DNA of 64,000 nt from Marsupella aquatica (lineage: Eukaryota > Plantae > Marchantiophyta), in contig OZ316895.1 of NCBI GenBank assembly GCA_973895155.1, positions 9,288,184 through 9,352,183 on the forward strand, given 5' to 3'. Of this stretch, positions 1-12,809 are shown one piece after another. The notes below the pieces were generated by a model. The model was given only the letters and a program-made list of their open reading frames with translations. It had not been told where the DNA came from and searched no databases. Both the position numbers and the translations under genes were made by a program. Each line of letters begins with the position of its first letter. The first letter of the stretch is position 1.

Positions 1-1179
1 AGGATTACTTTGTATTGGTGATGCAGTTATCCACTTGTGCACTTAGGGTTGCAGTTATGGTTAAGTGCGAGTCTTCCTTTGTTATTTTGAGTTCCTTTGG
101 AAATAAGTTGCACTTAGCGTTGTTTGTCAGATGCTTGTTTGGGTGTTTCCTTGATGAATGTGACTTCAATGTCATCAGCGATCACTTTGGGTTGCGCCGC
201 TTGCAATCACCTTGGGTACAGCTTTCTAATCACCTTGTCAATCTCTCTTTTCAAAATTCCTTCTTTGCTTTTCGATAGCTTCTCTGCTTACTAGCTTTCT
301 TTGAGAGTAGATTTAAGGTAGATTGATGTTGTCCTTTTCTTCTGGTCGCTTTGTTGTTGTTGTGTTATCCTTCAGGTAACATCAATCGTGCGCTGTCACC
401 GCAAGACCTTCTCTCCATCTTTACCCTATCGATTCTCAACGCCTCTTTTCTGGTCACTTCTCTGATCTTCGAGTGTTATCGTTTCTCTCTTGGTCTGTCC
501 TTATTGATTTGCGATGCTGCCTGCCTGCTTTTCTCAATTCCTCACTCAATCCTTGTTGCTGTCCCAATCGTGGTCTATCACAGGCTCTTCCGTCTGGGCC
601 TGTCCTTATGAGGTCGCGAAGTCCTTATGGATGCTTTTCAATTTGGCATTAGGCGCCTTCGGAGTCCTTTCTCGATTGTTCTGCCTGAATTTGTTTTCCA
701 TTCTCATTGACCTCTTGCTTTACTGTTCGCTCTTCATAATTGCGCAGCGCAGGAGAATTGCTCTGTCTGGTGACTCAAACTTGATCGCCTTCGATCCTTA
801 GTTATCGATTCTCCCTTTAAGTCTCTTCCTATCTCAATTCCTTGCTTGCCTCGTCAGTTCTGAATTTCTCGTCTTGTTTTCAAAACGGATCCCTATTCAC
901 TCCTTCTCTTCTCAATTCTATTTGTGTCTTTTCAATTTTCCAAAATTGCTCTCGCGGTCCTTATGATCTCCTTGGCAAATCTATCCTTATCTCGGGGGAT
1001 CAATCTGCCATAGCTGTTTTCTTCTCTCCGCTCCGTTGGTGAGGCAAAGTGCTGATAACGTGTGATGGAGAAATGATAATCATCGTATATATAGAATGTG
1101 GAATATCATTATACATATAGATGTGCCGGGTTTCCGGTTGGTCCAGTCAACAGGTGGAGTCTACAGGTGGAGTCTAACA
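1..1179 (-). mobile_element. 5' end of a degenerate LTR retrotransposon, probably Ty1/copia (Bianca-like PBS): 119-bp LTR at 1061-1179, PBS at ~1049-1060, decayed internal region running off the window start
   Basis: On the minus strand the segment reads TGTTAGACTCC...CCATCACA (TG...CA) and is immediately followed by CGTTATCAGCAC. From memory this PBS-like motif occurs in Bianca-lineage copia elements. The internal region is purine-rich on the minus strand and broken by stops. The partner LTR lies outside the window, so the TSD cannot be tested. Confidence 0.5.
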
Positions 1180-2323
1180 CTTTATAAACAACTCATGATG
1201 AAACAAAACGACAAGTAATGATGTTCAAAGTGTGAGAGGAAGTCTCTTACTTCTCATCCTTAATTAGGTGATAATTCAAAAAGAGAATCTACAACTACTT
1301 ACTTGTTTAGATTCTGTCTTAAATTAACTAGATAAACTAACCTATAAAATGAACTAAAGTGACTAGCATCATGGAAGGTGACTTATCATGTCTTAGTTCA
1401 TTCTTGCTCCATTCTTACTCCAAAGTTGTTCCTAAGCTCACAAATATTCTTCAAGTAAAAGACATTATCATTCTCCACCTGCCACCTACTCCCCCCATAA
1501 GGTAAAGTGGAAACTTCCTCAATAATGTGAGTTTAATAGTAAGGAATTTGTTATTGCTTCTTTTTGGCGCAGTTGGTTCAAGAGTTGGTTCAACTTGAGC
1601 ATCTCTAGCACTTGTCAATATATTCTTGGAAAATGACCATGTAGTGTATCTTTGATTGCTTTGCTTTGTAAGAGATCTCCCAACATGATACAAATGAGCA
1701 AGATAAGGTGCAATATAGCTAAGTAAAGATCCTGTAAATTTTTCTACCCCTAAGTTCAAAATCTTAACCCAATAATTGATGTCTCTCTTCTTGGTCTCTT
1801 CTTGGTAAAGAAACTATAATGTTAGTGATCAATGCTATCCCTAGAGTAACTCTAGTATGACCCTGGGTATGACCATATGGTTTCAAAATAGAACTAAGAA
1901 AAACAAACAAAGGTTTTAACTTAGCACTCTTCTACTTTGAGATTTCTAGCAACTTCTTCGTCACTGTTTGGTTGTACAAAGCTTCCTGAATCCGCTCTTA
2001 CTCAATGGAAAGGAAGGTGCTTTTTGTCAAACATTTTAAAGTTGTTTAAGTAGAATTCATACAAGTCAGTTGAGAAGATGAGGACATCCCAAAATATCTG
2101 CATACACAGTCACTCTATGATTCAATTTCTTTACGTCCTTGATCAATTTAGAGTAAAGTTACATCATCAATTATCAGTCCATCTCATTCAGTTTGACCTG
2201 ATATAAGTCACCATGTCATTTCAGAGAGGCTGCCAAGTTACAGCTCTGAAAAAAATGCAAAAACAATAATTTGATTTTTTTCTCAAATTTTGATGGAAAA
2301 AGAATTAATTTTTTCACTATGGG

Positions 2324-2395
2324 TGTCCGTACCATACGGATACCACATCTTGGGGAGACTAGTCAAGATGGTCAGGAGTCCGTACGGTACGGACA
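2324..2395. repeat. Short inverted repeat (17-bp arms, 1 mismatch) in an AT-rich, DNA-transposon-like subterminal region
   Basis: tgtccgtaccatacgga ... tccgtacggtacggaca. A further palindrome, tgatatcagcggctgatatca, lies near 2618. Confidence 0.55.
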
Positions 2396-2685
2396 CAGAA
2401 TTTTGTCAGAATTTTTTTTCCAATTTGTTGTTGGAGAATTTTCCAAAAAAACAATTAATTGTTTTTTTCCAATTTTTTTGTTTGTACGCCAATCTCGGCG
2501 AGGTCAGCTAAGATTGACTCCATCTCAGCTGCCCAGCTGGGATGTGTGGAAGTACAAAGACCCCATCTTAGCTGCTTAGCTGAGATTCAGAAATTTCAAG
2601 GCGGCAAAACTGATAATTGATATCAGCGGCTGATATCAATGATTAGTGGCTGATAACTAATGATCCTCATACCCCTCAATTTAGA

Positions 2686-2873
2686 CCATGCTAATAGACA
2701 TTTCCCATTGAAATGTCTATATAAAGCACACTAAGGGATTAATATCTTTATTTGTGGTCATGAAAGAGCACTGCACATGCCATGCTAATAAAATTTTCCC
2801 ATTGAAATGTCTACATAAAGCACACTCAAGGAATAATAGCTTCATGTGTGTTCATGAAAGAGCAATTCACATA
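2686..2873. repeat. Imperfect tandem duplication, ~94-bp unit x2
   Basis: ccatgctaata...tttcccattgaaatgtcta...catgaaagagca starts at 2686 and at 2780. Confidence 0.85.
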
Positions 2874-5781
2874 TCCTAATTACAAAATTTGCTCTACATG
2901 GGCTGAAAATGGAGACTGACAATTAGAATTTGTGGTTCTTGACACTCTCAGCTTTGAGGTTTTACAAAAATTTTGAGCTCTTGCCCTCACTTGTTCTTTA
3001 TATGGCAGCTCTCCATTCACCAGATTTTCTACTCTTCTTTGGGCCCCAACTTAAGTAATAAAGAGAGGATGTGCAAAAGACTCAAGGGTATTTGAATTTG
3101 TTTTGAATTAACTATGAATCATAACTAGGTATAAACAAGAAATAAATAAATAAATATTTTTGCATTGATATGGAACAAAGACATCTAAAATGTGCAAAAT
3201 ATTAATTATATGGAAGGGATAGTAACATATTGGGTATGCCACGCGTCACCATACAATTGGCCCATATGTTGAGTTCGCATTAGATTGTAGTCTGGTTTTG
3301 GGTTTAGGGGATGGATGATTGGGTGTTTTGGGCAGGTTGAGAGGGGTGGGTGTAAGGTGAGCATGCATTGATGTTGATGGATGGACTCTTCCTCAGCTGG
3401 AATGGCCTAAACTATTTCACTATGTTATGGGTCCTGGTTGGCTCAGTCCAAATTCATCATACCCTCTCATGCCTGGCTCTCTCTCGTCTTGGTCTTTAGG
3501 CCAAGTGCATTGTTTGCCTGAACCTTATGACCTGTAATTTGAGAGGTACAATAACAAGCCTGCAACTCTGGGGAGGAAGGTGAGTCAACACTTACTTGGG
3601 CCCACCTCTTACCGTGTAGGATAAGTGGACACCATGGGCCCTTGAGTTGCTGTAAAGCCAACTACAATCAGTTCACTCTGGACAACCATTTCCACTCATT
3701 TTATGGTCCAGATTTAATCTTAGAAAGAATACAGAAAAAACAAAAATTCCCCCACATCTTGTAACGACACTCTAGGTGGCTTCTCTAGCTCATTGAAAGC
3801 TCCAACATATGCACTTTTACATTTATCAAGAAATTATAAGGTTCAATGAAATATCTTAAATGAAAACAAACAGGATTTTTGCTCTAATGAGGTAGCAAGA
3901 AAGTTTTTGTTACAATTATTTTTCACATTGCCTAAATTTCACTTACCAAGGCCCCTTATATTTCCTATGCACTGTACTCCGGAGGTCTACGAGGATTTTT
4001 AGTCTGTGTCTCAATAAGGCTTTACTCCTTTTGGCCTTGTTGGAGACTCCTGGACTCTTCTGGCTCTTTAAGCTTTTTAGTTTTGGGGGGGTTTTACTCT
4101 GGTTTCTCCCTTGTATTGGGTACTCTGTCTCTGAGTGTGGTGCTTTGTTTTTGGCTGTGCTTTATATATCAAGGTCTGATCCTTATTTTGCATGGAAAGC
4201 CCAATCCTCACCTTCCAATGTGCGATGTCCCTGGCAGTACGGTCCCTGCTATTGCTCTGCTTTATAACCTTTATTTTGGCATGGTGGCATTTTGGAGGGA
4301 CAGTAGATTCTGGCCTTTAATTGGTAAATGGAATGACTGCCCATCAACTTTTTCGTACTGGAATGGTGATGGCTGTCATATTGCCTCGACTGCGGGGAAA
4401 ATCCAAATTTATCTAGCTCTAAAACATGATTGATGATTGTCAATCAAACACAGTTACGAAACACAAAAGTCGATGGGTTTTGGTATCCCTCACCTAACCA
4501 AAATAGCCTGCCTACATTCTGTCTGCGGGCCGGTAACATCGATCGAAGTGAGATTTCGATCTCCATCTTGCCTCTGGAAGTAGATGGGTTCGGATGGAAG
4601 CATAAATGGAAAGTTAATGTGGCAGTGAATGGTGATTGTTGGAGAATTGAATGGCCCCCCGAACAGAGGCAGCAGTGAGCGTGTGACACGAACGATTCGT
4701 CGAGGAATCGCAAACGTGGAGAGCTCCACGTCGATCCGCGCCGTCGATCTTGTCTTCGAGGGCTTCTCTCAGTGTCCTTGAATTGAATCTGGGATATCAA
4801 GTTGAGCGCGCAAACGCCATTCATTGTCGAAACCATTCGAACGTATTTAATTGCGGTCCCATCACCAGCGTACCGGTATATCTCTTGAGCACTCGAGTGG
4901 GACGAGTCTTTATAAATGTGCCCACTTTACAGATTATACCCAACTGTACTTTGTCCGTCCGTCCGTCTCGACGTGGTTATGATCACAGAACTGATGCAGC
5001 AGCTTGCCCACTGCACTGACGATGGAGGCTAGGACGGACAGTCGAACAGTGATGAACAGAGTAGTGGGAAGCTTTCATCTGGGCCGGGGTGCGGTTCATC
5101 ACCGGGGAGGGGAGTTCGAATTGGGCTGGGCTGGGCCGTGCCGTGCCACTCGTGTCACCTGCAATTGCGCCCGAGCATCCCAGCTACGATTCGACAGTAC
5201 AAAAAGCAGAGCCAGCCGAGTACAGTACCGCCGATCATGGCATGGTGATGGACGAAACGAGCCCTTGATATGCGGTAATGGTGGGGGAGTGCTCGAATGC
5301 GGATGTCGTCGAAATATGGTCACTCATGCTTACGTTTTCCGTGATTGAAACTGCATTGCCCGTATGTCTGTCCAGACATCCCAACGAGTTCATTTCTGAG
5401 CTGCAGCTGCTGTTCTCAGCGTGATCCGGAACCGGCTGTTGGCCGAGGTCTTTCTATACGGCAACATTTACTGACACTGCGTAGTTTAGGTGGTTTCTGA
5501 TCGAGTTGTTCGGTCGGTCGGTTATTGGGATCAGTCTAGGCAGCCGCATGGCACAGGAGAAAGTCCTAGTAATATTAGTGAAAAGGGAGGAGGATGGGGC
5601 AATACTGGGTTTCAAATCACTAATCGAGGCTGGGGTTGGGGTGATTGGTGTGCATTCTGCCACCACAGTGACAGTTCCAGCTCTATGCACGCTGCATTTT
5701 CTCGAAGAGAGGTGACGAAGGTAGATGGAGGAAGAAGACTTGCAACTGCTGCTGTTTCGGAGAAGTGTGGAGTTGAAGAAG

Positions 5782-8700
5782 ATGCGGACGGGCCACAGCA
5801 ACTCAGGCGTGGTGAATGCCTTGGTGGGATTCCTGGTAATTTGCCTTCTTGCGCATTGCTCAAGCTGCGCCCCCATACAGACCCCGGATTTCTCGTTATG
5901 CTCGAAGGCTAGCTTCCCAAATTCAGGACCCAACGGAACAACGAGATCTGTGAGCTGCTGCCCGCCCGTCTCCAAGACTCCCCCTATACAATTCACACCC
6001 CCACCAGCTCCTGCAACACTGAGAGTGCGACGCGCAGTGCAATGCACAAATTCTACCTATGCATGGCAACTGAATAGAGCATACGAGCTCATGCGAGCGC
6101 TCCCGAATGGCGATCCACGCTCGCTGGTCCAGCAAGCGAACATGCACTGTGCTTACTGCGGCGGCGCATTTGTTCAGTCCGGGTCCTCCGAAGCTATTGA
6201 CATCCACTACTCTTGGCTCTTCTTTCCGTGGCACCGCATGTTCCTTCACTTCCACGAGCGCATCCTCCAATCGCTCCTTAACGACTCGTCTTTCTCTGTC
6301 CCTTTCTGGAATTGGGACAACCAGGGCAGTTCATCACCGAGCTCGGCTTCCTGTCAGCTAGCTGGTAATGTGTTCCCACAACTCTACAATAACCAATACT
6401 CAAAACTCTACGACGCGAACCGGAATCCGCAGCATGCGGCGACGTCTGGTGCAGTTATCGACCTTGCCTTCGTCACCTCACAGGCGAATGGAACGTATTG
6501 GTCTTCGTCGAGCGCACTGGAGGCCTCGAATTTGAACGTGATGCATCAGGCGATGGTGGGCGGGGGCACCACCGCCGCGACATTTTTAGGTTCTGTGTAC
6601 CGAGCAGGAGATTTGCGCCCGCGTACTGGTGTTTCGTGGCAGGAGGCCTCGGGCGGGACATTGGAAATGGGACCCCATGTCAGCACGCATTTTTGGGTGG
6701 CGCAGAATTACGCGCCCTATCTCGATTTCGGAGCGCCGTGGCTCAGCGCTTTCGATCCCGTCTTCTATGCCCACCATGCCAACGTCGATCGGCTCTGGCA
6801 CTTATGGAATTCCCAGCTCGGGAATGCGAATTACAATGATTCGGATTGGCTTCACGCCGAGTTTCTGTTCTACGACGAGAATGCACAGCTCGTGCAAGTG
6901 AAGGTCTCTGATGCTCTCGACATGGGCCGCTTGGGGTATGAGTATGAGAGCGTGGACAATTCTTGGGAACACTACAACGCCTCCAGATGCGGCACTGTTA
7001 AGGCCGAAGACATGCTCGAGCAATTGCGCCGAGTTCCTCAGCGGCGGCGAACTACTGGTGAGTGACAGTCATTTTATCTAAAATCATAGTCACTTTTGCG
7101 TTTGTTCAGCTTCCCCGGGCCGTGGTATGTTTCAATTCTCGATGAATGGAATCTCAACGTAGATTCTCGTCCTCCTGAATTTCCCGAACTTCACGTAAAT
7201 ACGGGAAGCTAGACGTATCTTTTTCCCTTGCCTGTTGCACTCAGCGGGCAGCTTCTCCTTTTCTTCGTAGTACTGTAGTTTCCAATTGTCGTGCTGCGCA
7301 AATTTTCCGCCGTGTTCTCGGGGAGTACTTTAGTCTTCAGCCCTCCCGGATAAGCGGCGCGAGAAGCTCGGCGCCCGATTCGATAGTATAAGCCATAAGG
7401 GGTTGAAGGAGTTATCTTTTTTTTGGCTGCGTTGTCGTATACATTTCCTGCCTGGGTGGTTCTGTCACGGACTGCCATACCGTTTCCGCCGCCGCCCTCG
7501 TGAAATGTTTCGATCACCGAATTTCAACATGAATCCTTGTGAATGTGCAAGAAACTGCCTCCGAACACGGTCAACCATGACTTCGATTTGCCAATCTCAT
7601 ATTCAGAAGCGAATTTGCTTTTGCCAGCAAAATACGGTGCTCTCTTGTAGTCGATGTGGGTGGAGAGAATGTCTCTCCCAGGACGCCGGCTCTTGAACAC
7701 GAAATTGAAGTGTTTGAGCATAAAAGATCTCGATTCGTAAGCAATGGCGGAATTTTCTTGGCAGCAAATGTTATCCAGAGTTGCTGTCTACTATCCCTGC
7801 CCGTTCCTTAGAGTCGGAACTGACACGAATCAATTGGATCTCAAGTTTCTCCCAGGGAAAATTGAGGCATTGTCTCTCCCGTACTCGGATCCGGTACTCG
7901 TTGTGTGGTTGGATCCCTGATTTGATTCAAATTTTTCCCTCGCGGGAGACTTGGTGTGCTACACACAACGATGTCAATTGTGCGAAAAATTGAGCAGACA
8001 GAGAAGAAGACTCGAGACTGTCGTTTCTTCAATCGCAGAGACTTATGTGGAGTCACTGTCTGAGCTGTACCTGCTCAGTGGGTAGTTGGAAAACTCGTTT
8101 GAGCCTTGGTTAATCTAGCGACCATATGTGCGGTAGTCATTTTTCTGCTCCACGTGATCCTCGAGTCTGTCGTCCATCATGCCAATCTTAGAGGTACGCA
8201 ACATCCTTTTGAAAATGATGTCTTCGTTTTCTTGGCAATCCCGTTCTTGATAGGTTCCTAATCTTCCGCAGACATGGTCAGCCTGGGGGACCCCATACAA
8301 AGGATTGAATTCCAGTGTGAAGCCAGTCCATGTAAAAGCAGCTAACTCACCTCATTCCCATGAGGACGAGAGCATTAGTCTAAAATGAGTCTCCGTCTTT
8401 TTCAAGAGGCGACTGCGTCCTCTACCAGTCCATTTCCCTTGTTTTAATTGGCTTCACCTTTCCCTGAATTGCGTTGGGGTTGTAAGGCTCTTCGTGAATC
8501 AATCACTCGAGGGGTTTTTGCTGTCTTCTTCAATTCCTGGATGTAATTCTCTTTCCTCTCGTACAAGGAGTATGGAAGCTGACGTGCCTTCTAGTTTTGG
8601 AGACACGTCTGTGTTCTTCGCGGCCTTCTCTTGCTGCCCTCTCCGCTCTTCCGTAACATGGTGCTGGAGAGCATTGCCTGTGCTGGAGAGCATTGCCGAG

Positions 8701-10222
8701 AAGCTTTGTTTACCTCCCATGGTTCCTCAAAGCTTCTTCCCTAGATGACTGTGTGCCACTCAGCTGTCCGATAGGGGACCAAATCCTAGGTGATTCTGCT
8801 TTTTCACGTGGGAGAGGTGCTGATCGTTCTTCTTGGAACGCATTGATTAAGTCTAATGAGTCTAGACGTTACTCTCGTGACAGACGATCGTCGGTCAAAC
8901 CGTTCACTGTCTGACATTGACTCATACGGAAGATAACATTCCTCTAATCTCCTAAACCGGACCTACGGTTTTCGAGATTCAACACAACAATTTCCAGAAT
9001 TCTGAGTGGTCACAAGCAATCGAAAGCCCTTTCTGCATCCCGGGCGATTTCCTCACGAGTCTTTGTGGAAACGTCGTCCAATCTTTTGCGAACGCGAGGC
9101 CCCTTCCTTACGAACTTCCCCCGTACTCGTCTTCACCTGCGGTACCTTACCTACTTCCAGCGCAGAAGGTGGGTCGGGGCACAAAACACCGATGAATCGA
9201 CGATGGCTCTCAGGCTGAAGCAGTCCGCTGTACCCACTTACGCTTGACCACACCTGTGTCAGCTTCGGTACACTCCAGTGACGGGCTGCTCGCCGTCGAA
9301 CCTTCTTGATTCTGTCCCAAGCTCCCCCGTACTCCCTTTAGATACTGGAGAAGGGGATCACGGTATTGTCCTGTACTGTACTGTACAGCCTCCCGTACTG
9401 CGTCCGAAGTTCACAGGAATGAATTTACCTCATTTCACGGGGTTTCGTCAGTTCGCTCCGATGAACTCTCATTCCCGTGGGCAAATCAAAACCTTCCTGT
9501 CCATGGCCGTCAGAAATCCGGTTATCTCCCGTTCCCTTCCAATTTACATTATTAGATACTTTGCATTTAAACAATACGTTACGACGTACCATCCTACAGT
9601 ATGCCTCTGCGATACGTACACGTATACAGTGCTCATCTGCCCAAGGGGGAAAGCGCATGAAGCCTGAGTTATCAGTTATGTGAGAAGGGCGTACAGATGT
9701 GTCTGGCAGCGTTGAGGTCGTTTGAATTTTTGCCGTGCTGCCTGCGCAGGAGAGAGAATCACACTCAGCAGTGGGGGAGCATTCAATGCAATTTTGACAC
9801 GGACGCCCTCGAATTCTGCTTCAACGACTGCTGCACAGCAACAGAGTGCCAGCGGAAGCAACGCCGACGACTATGATGAACTGCTGGTGATTCACGGCAT
9901 CAATTTTGATCCTGCCGACATCCTGAGCTTCGATGTATTCCTGAACTTGCCGGAGGCGCGCAGTGGGACGCCGCAGAGCTGTGCGGAATACTTGGGAAGG
10001 TTCCACCACCTTCCGTTGCTGCAACCTGGGAGCAAGAAACGACTGCACCGCCGTCAATTCAAGTGGCAAATTAGCGTCACCAAAACGCTGCGAGACCTTC
10101 GCATGGACATGTTGCCCTCCGTGCTCGTCACTCTTGTTTCCTCCTCTCCCTCCTCACGCCACTCCGCCTCTCTTCTTTCGTTTCGTAGTATTTCCATTGA
10201 ACGGCAGCAGCGGCAGACTTAG
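5782..10222 (+). CDS. PPO: Polyphenol oxidase (type-3 copper catechol oxidase/tyrosinase family) with an N-terminal signal peptide; exons 5782-7057 and 9750-10222, ~582 aa (alternative in-frame ATG at 5725)
   Basis: CuA QQANMHCAYC...IHYSWLFFPWHR; CuB LEMGPHVSTHFWV...DPVFYAHHANVDRLW; DWL domain DWLHAEFLFYDEN. The C-terminal KFDV-type domain (ELLVIHGI..SFDVFLN..EYLGRFHHLP) is in exon 2. Phase-1 intron 7058-9749 (G|gtgagt ... gcgcag|GA) joins the two ORFs in frame. Confidence 0.93.
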
Positions 10223-12809
10223 CTCGTTTCACGTCAGTCTAGTGTAGATAGATCGATAAAATACGTCTTCTGCATCCCCATTTCTCAATTCGAATGTCAG
10301 GCTTCTCAATTCAGTTGTGGGCAGACCCCACCCGTCGCACTGTACCGTAGAATCAGACTAGAAAAATAGGCCGGAGGAAAACTACGAGTCATCTATTGAT
10401 GACTCTTACTTGGACAATATTCTGGCTTCATCCATCTTATTCCCTTGCAGTGGGTGAACTCTTGGTCTACACATTATGACCTCGACCTCCCTTCATCAAT
10501 AATTACCTTACATATCGGGAGCAATTGTTAGAACATGCTAATTCCAGTCTGTACAGTCTCGAGTCTGGACTGGGAGCACGTACGTTGTGAAATCATCAAA
10601 TTTTTGAGTTACAGACGGTGAGATAAAACAGGGATTTGGTCTTGTTCGCAGGAACTTTGTGTGTAAAACTGTAACTCGAAAATGTAAGACAATTGGAAGC
10701 TTGAATTGAGCTATGGACGTTGAAATGAAGCATGGATAGGGCATCTTTGCTCAGGACAGGACTCTAAACCTTGAGATCCCAGACACTTGGTTAAATTCCC
10801 CCTCCCGTAAGGTTATCTCTGAGGGTACGGAGTGGGTGGGTATGCGGGTGAGTGTAGTGGGGAATGACATGTTGAATGCTCAAGTTGGGTGCACATTTAA
10901 TGAAATTTCCTGGTTCGACCTCTATCCCTGAGGTTAGCGGCGAGCATGTGCGTTCCATGAGCTCACTTTGGCACAGTGTTACCCCCTACAGACCACAATA
11001 TATGCATGTCAGGTTGCAATCTGGCTCTAACCTCGTGATGACGTGGTTTCTAAAGGAATGGTAAATCCTGTCTCCATCCATTAAAATGCCAATCACTCTG
11101 GTGAGGATTGCACTGTGACTGAGTATCTATGTAGTAAAGGTGGACAATGGATGGCTGCTGAAAACATAGCAGCCCTGTAACCAACAACTCCCCATTCTAG
11201 TCTACATTCACAAGCATAGTCTACGCATGAATTTTTTATTACAAAGTAAATAATGTCTATTGACAAGTATGATGTAAATATGAACTTTTTTTTATTACAA
11301 AGGAAATAGTATAGATTGTACATTATCCCACATTTTTTATGGTTTCACTATGTGGAGTAGGATGGGTAAGCTTTGTTCGTGAACTAGATTTTGGACTATT
11401 CTGTGTGACAACTGTGGAGGATAGTTAAGGAATCAAATGCTGGGTAAGTGTCAGTCCTCAAAGCTACTATCTACATTTAGTCATGAGAGGATTAGTCAAA
11501 GCTACTATCTACCTTAGTCTTAAGTCAATTCTCAAAAGTTACTAGATACATTTAGTCATGAGAGCCGTTGATAATCCTCGCCTCCCACCTCGCCTGTCCA
11601 ATCTTGGCTGGCTTTAACTTTGAAGTCAAAAACCTTATTTTTTCTTTACATCATTCCATGTTGAAGCTCAAGATGAGGATGTGAAGTCTCACACAGACTC
11701 AAAGATCAGGAGATGTGAAGTCTGCGCTTGGAATTCTGCTTACTATTCCCATGGAACAAAGGAATATCACTCTGGAATTGGATGCGAGTAGAGTTCAAGC
11801 TTCTTTTAAGGGGAGGAGAACGGTAACTCACAATCAAACTTCCACTATTTGACAGAATAGAATAATTCAAAAATATATATTATGGAAGTGACTTGGAGTG
11901 GGGCAGAGTGAGCAGGTGGGGCAGTGGAGGAGCGAGGAGGCTGCTCACTCAGGATTAAGTTTGTCTTTGTCGAGCACTTGTCTAGGGGACTCTCTGGTTC
12001 TTTGGTGATCCTGTTTTTCTCCATTTGGTGCCTTTTGTTCTTTGGCTCTATGATAAAGTTTAGGATCCAGGCATCCAATGTTGCAATGCTTGAAGCTCAT
12101 GTGCATTGCATAATTGTCTCAATGACAATAATGACACCAATGGTTGTCATGGTCCCTTAGTTCACATGCTGTATTGATCCAGAAGGGGTATTTGACCTTG
12201 ACCCTGGGATCACCTTCCTCCACCACCAAGTTTGTAGAGGAGCTTGTTGTGCAATTCATCACCAACAGTTGTCCTTTTAGTTCTCCACTCTCAAAAACAC
12301 GTCCATATATTTGTGTGGACGGACCAAAGATTGTTGCTATCGGCCATGGTCTCCTCTTTCATTGGTTGACTCATACACCTGTTCAAACTATGAAGACAAC
12401 TCTTGAATTTTGACTATGATTTCTGAACGGAGGTCAGAAAACCACCCAACTAACTATAAATTAAAGCTCTGTTCACAAGTCTTCCAAAATTGCATCCACA
12501 TGTCCGTTCCTGCGCTTTCTCTGCACAAGGAGGTAGTACGGGTAGCTGTATCATTGGTAGCACCCGTGTCAGATGTTAGATAATTAAACAGATTCCTATG
12601 CTTTACTAGGCTTCATGCATAATATTTTCAAGCGGTGTATGTTTACAATTGTTAGAGCAATGATATACCTACATACATAGATGAGCACCCAGGGGCTGTC
12701 TGTCTACCTATCAGACAATTAACAAAACTGATTGCCCTTCCCTCCTGTCCGGAGATACCTTCTGTGGGCCCAAAGGCAGTGCTTTGAGGGACAAAGCTTA
12801 GAATATCAC

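Noticed and set aside
5454-6047. 197-aa antisense ORF over the PPO start
   Set aside because: Largely the in-register antisense shadow of the PPO frame, with no recognisable motifs.
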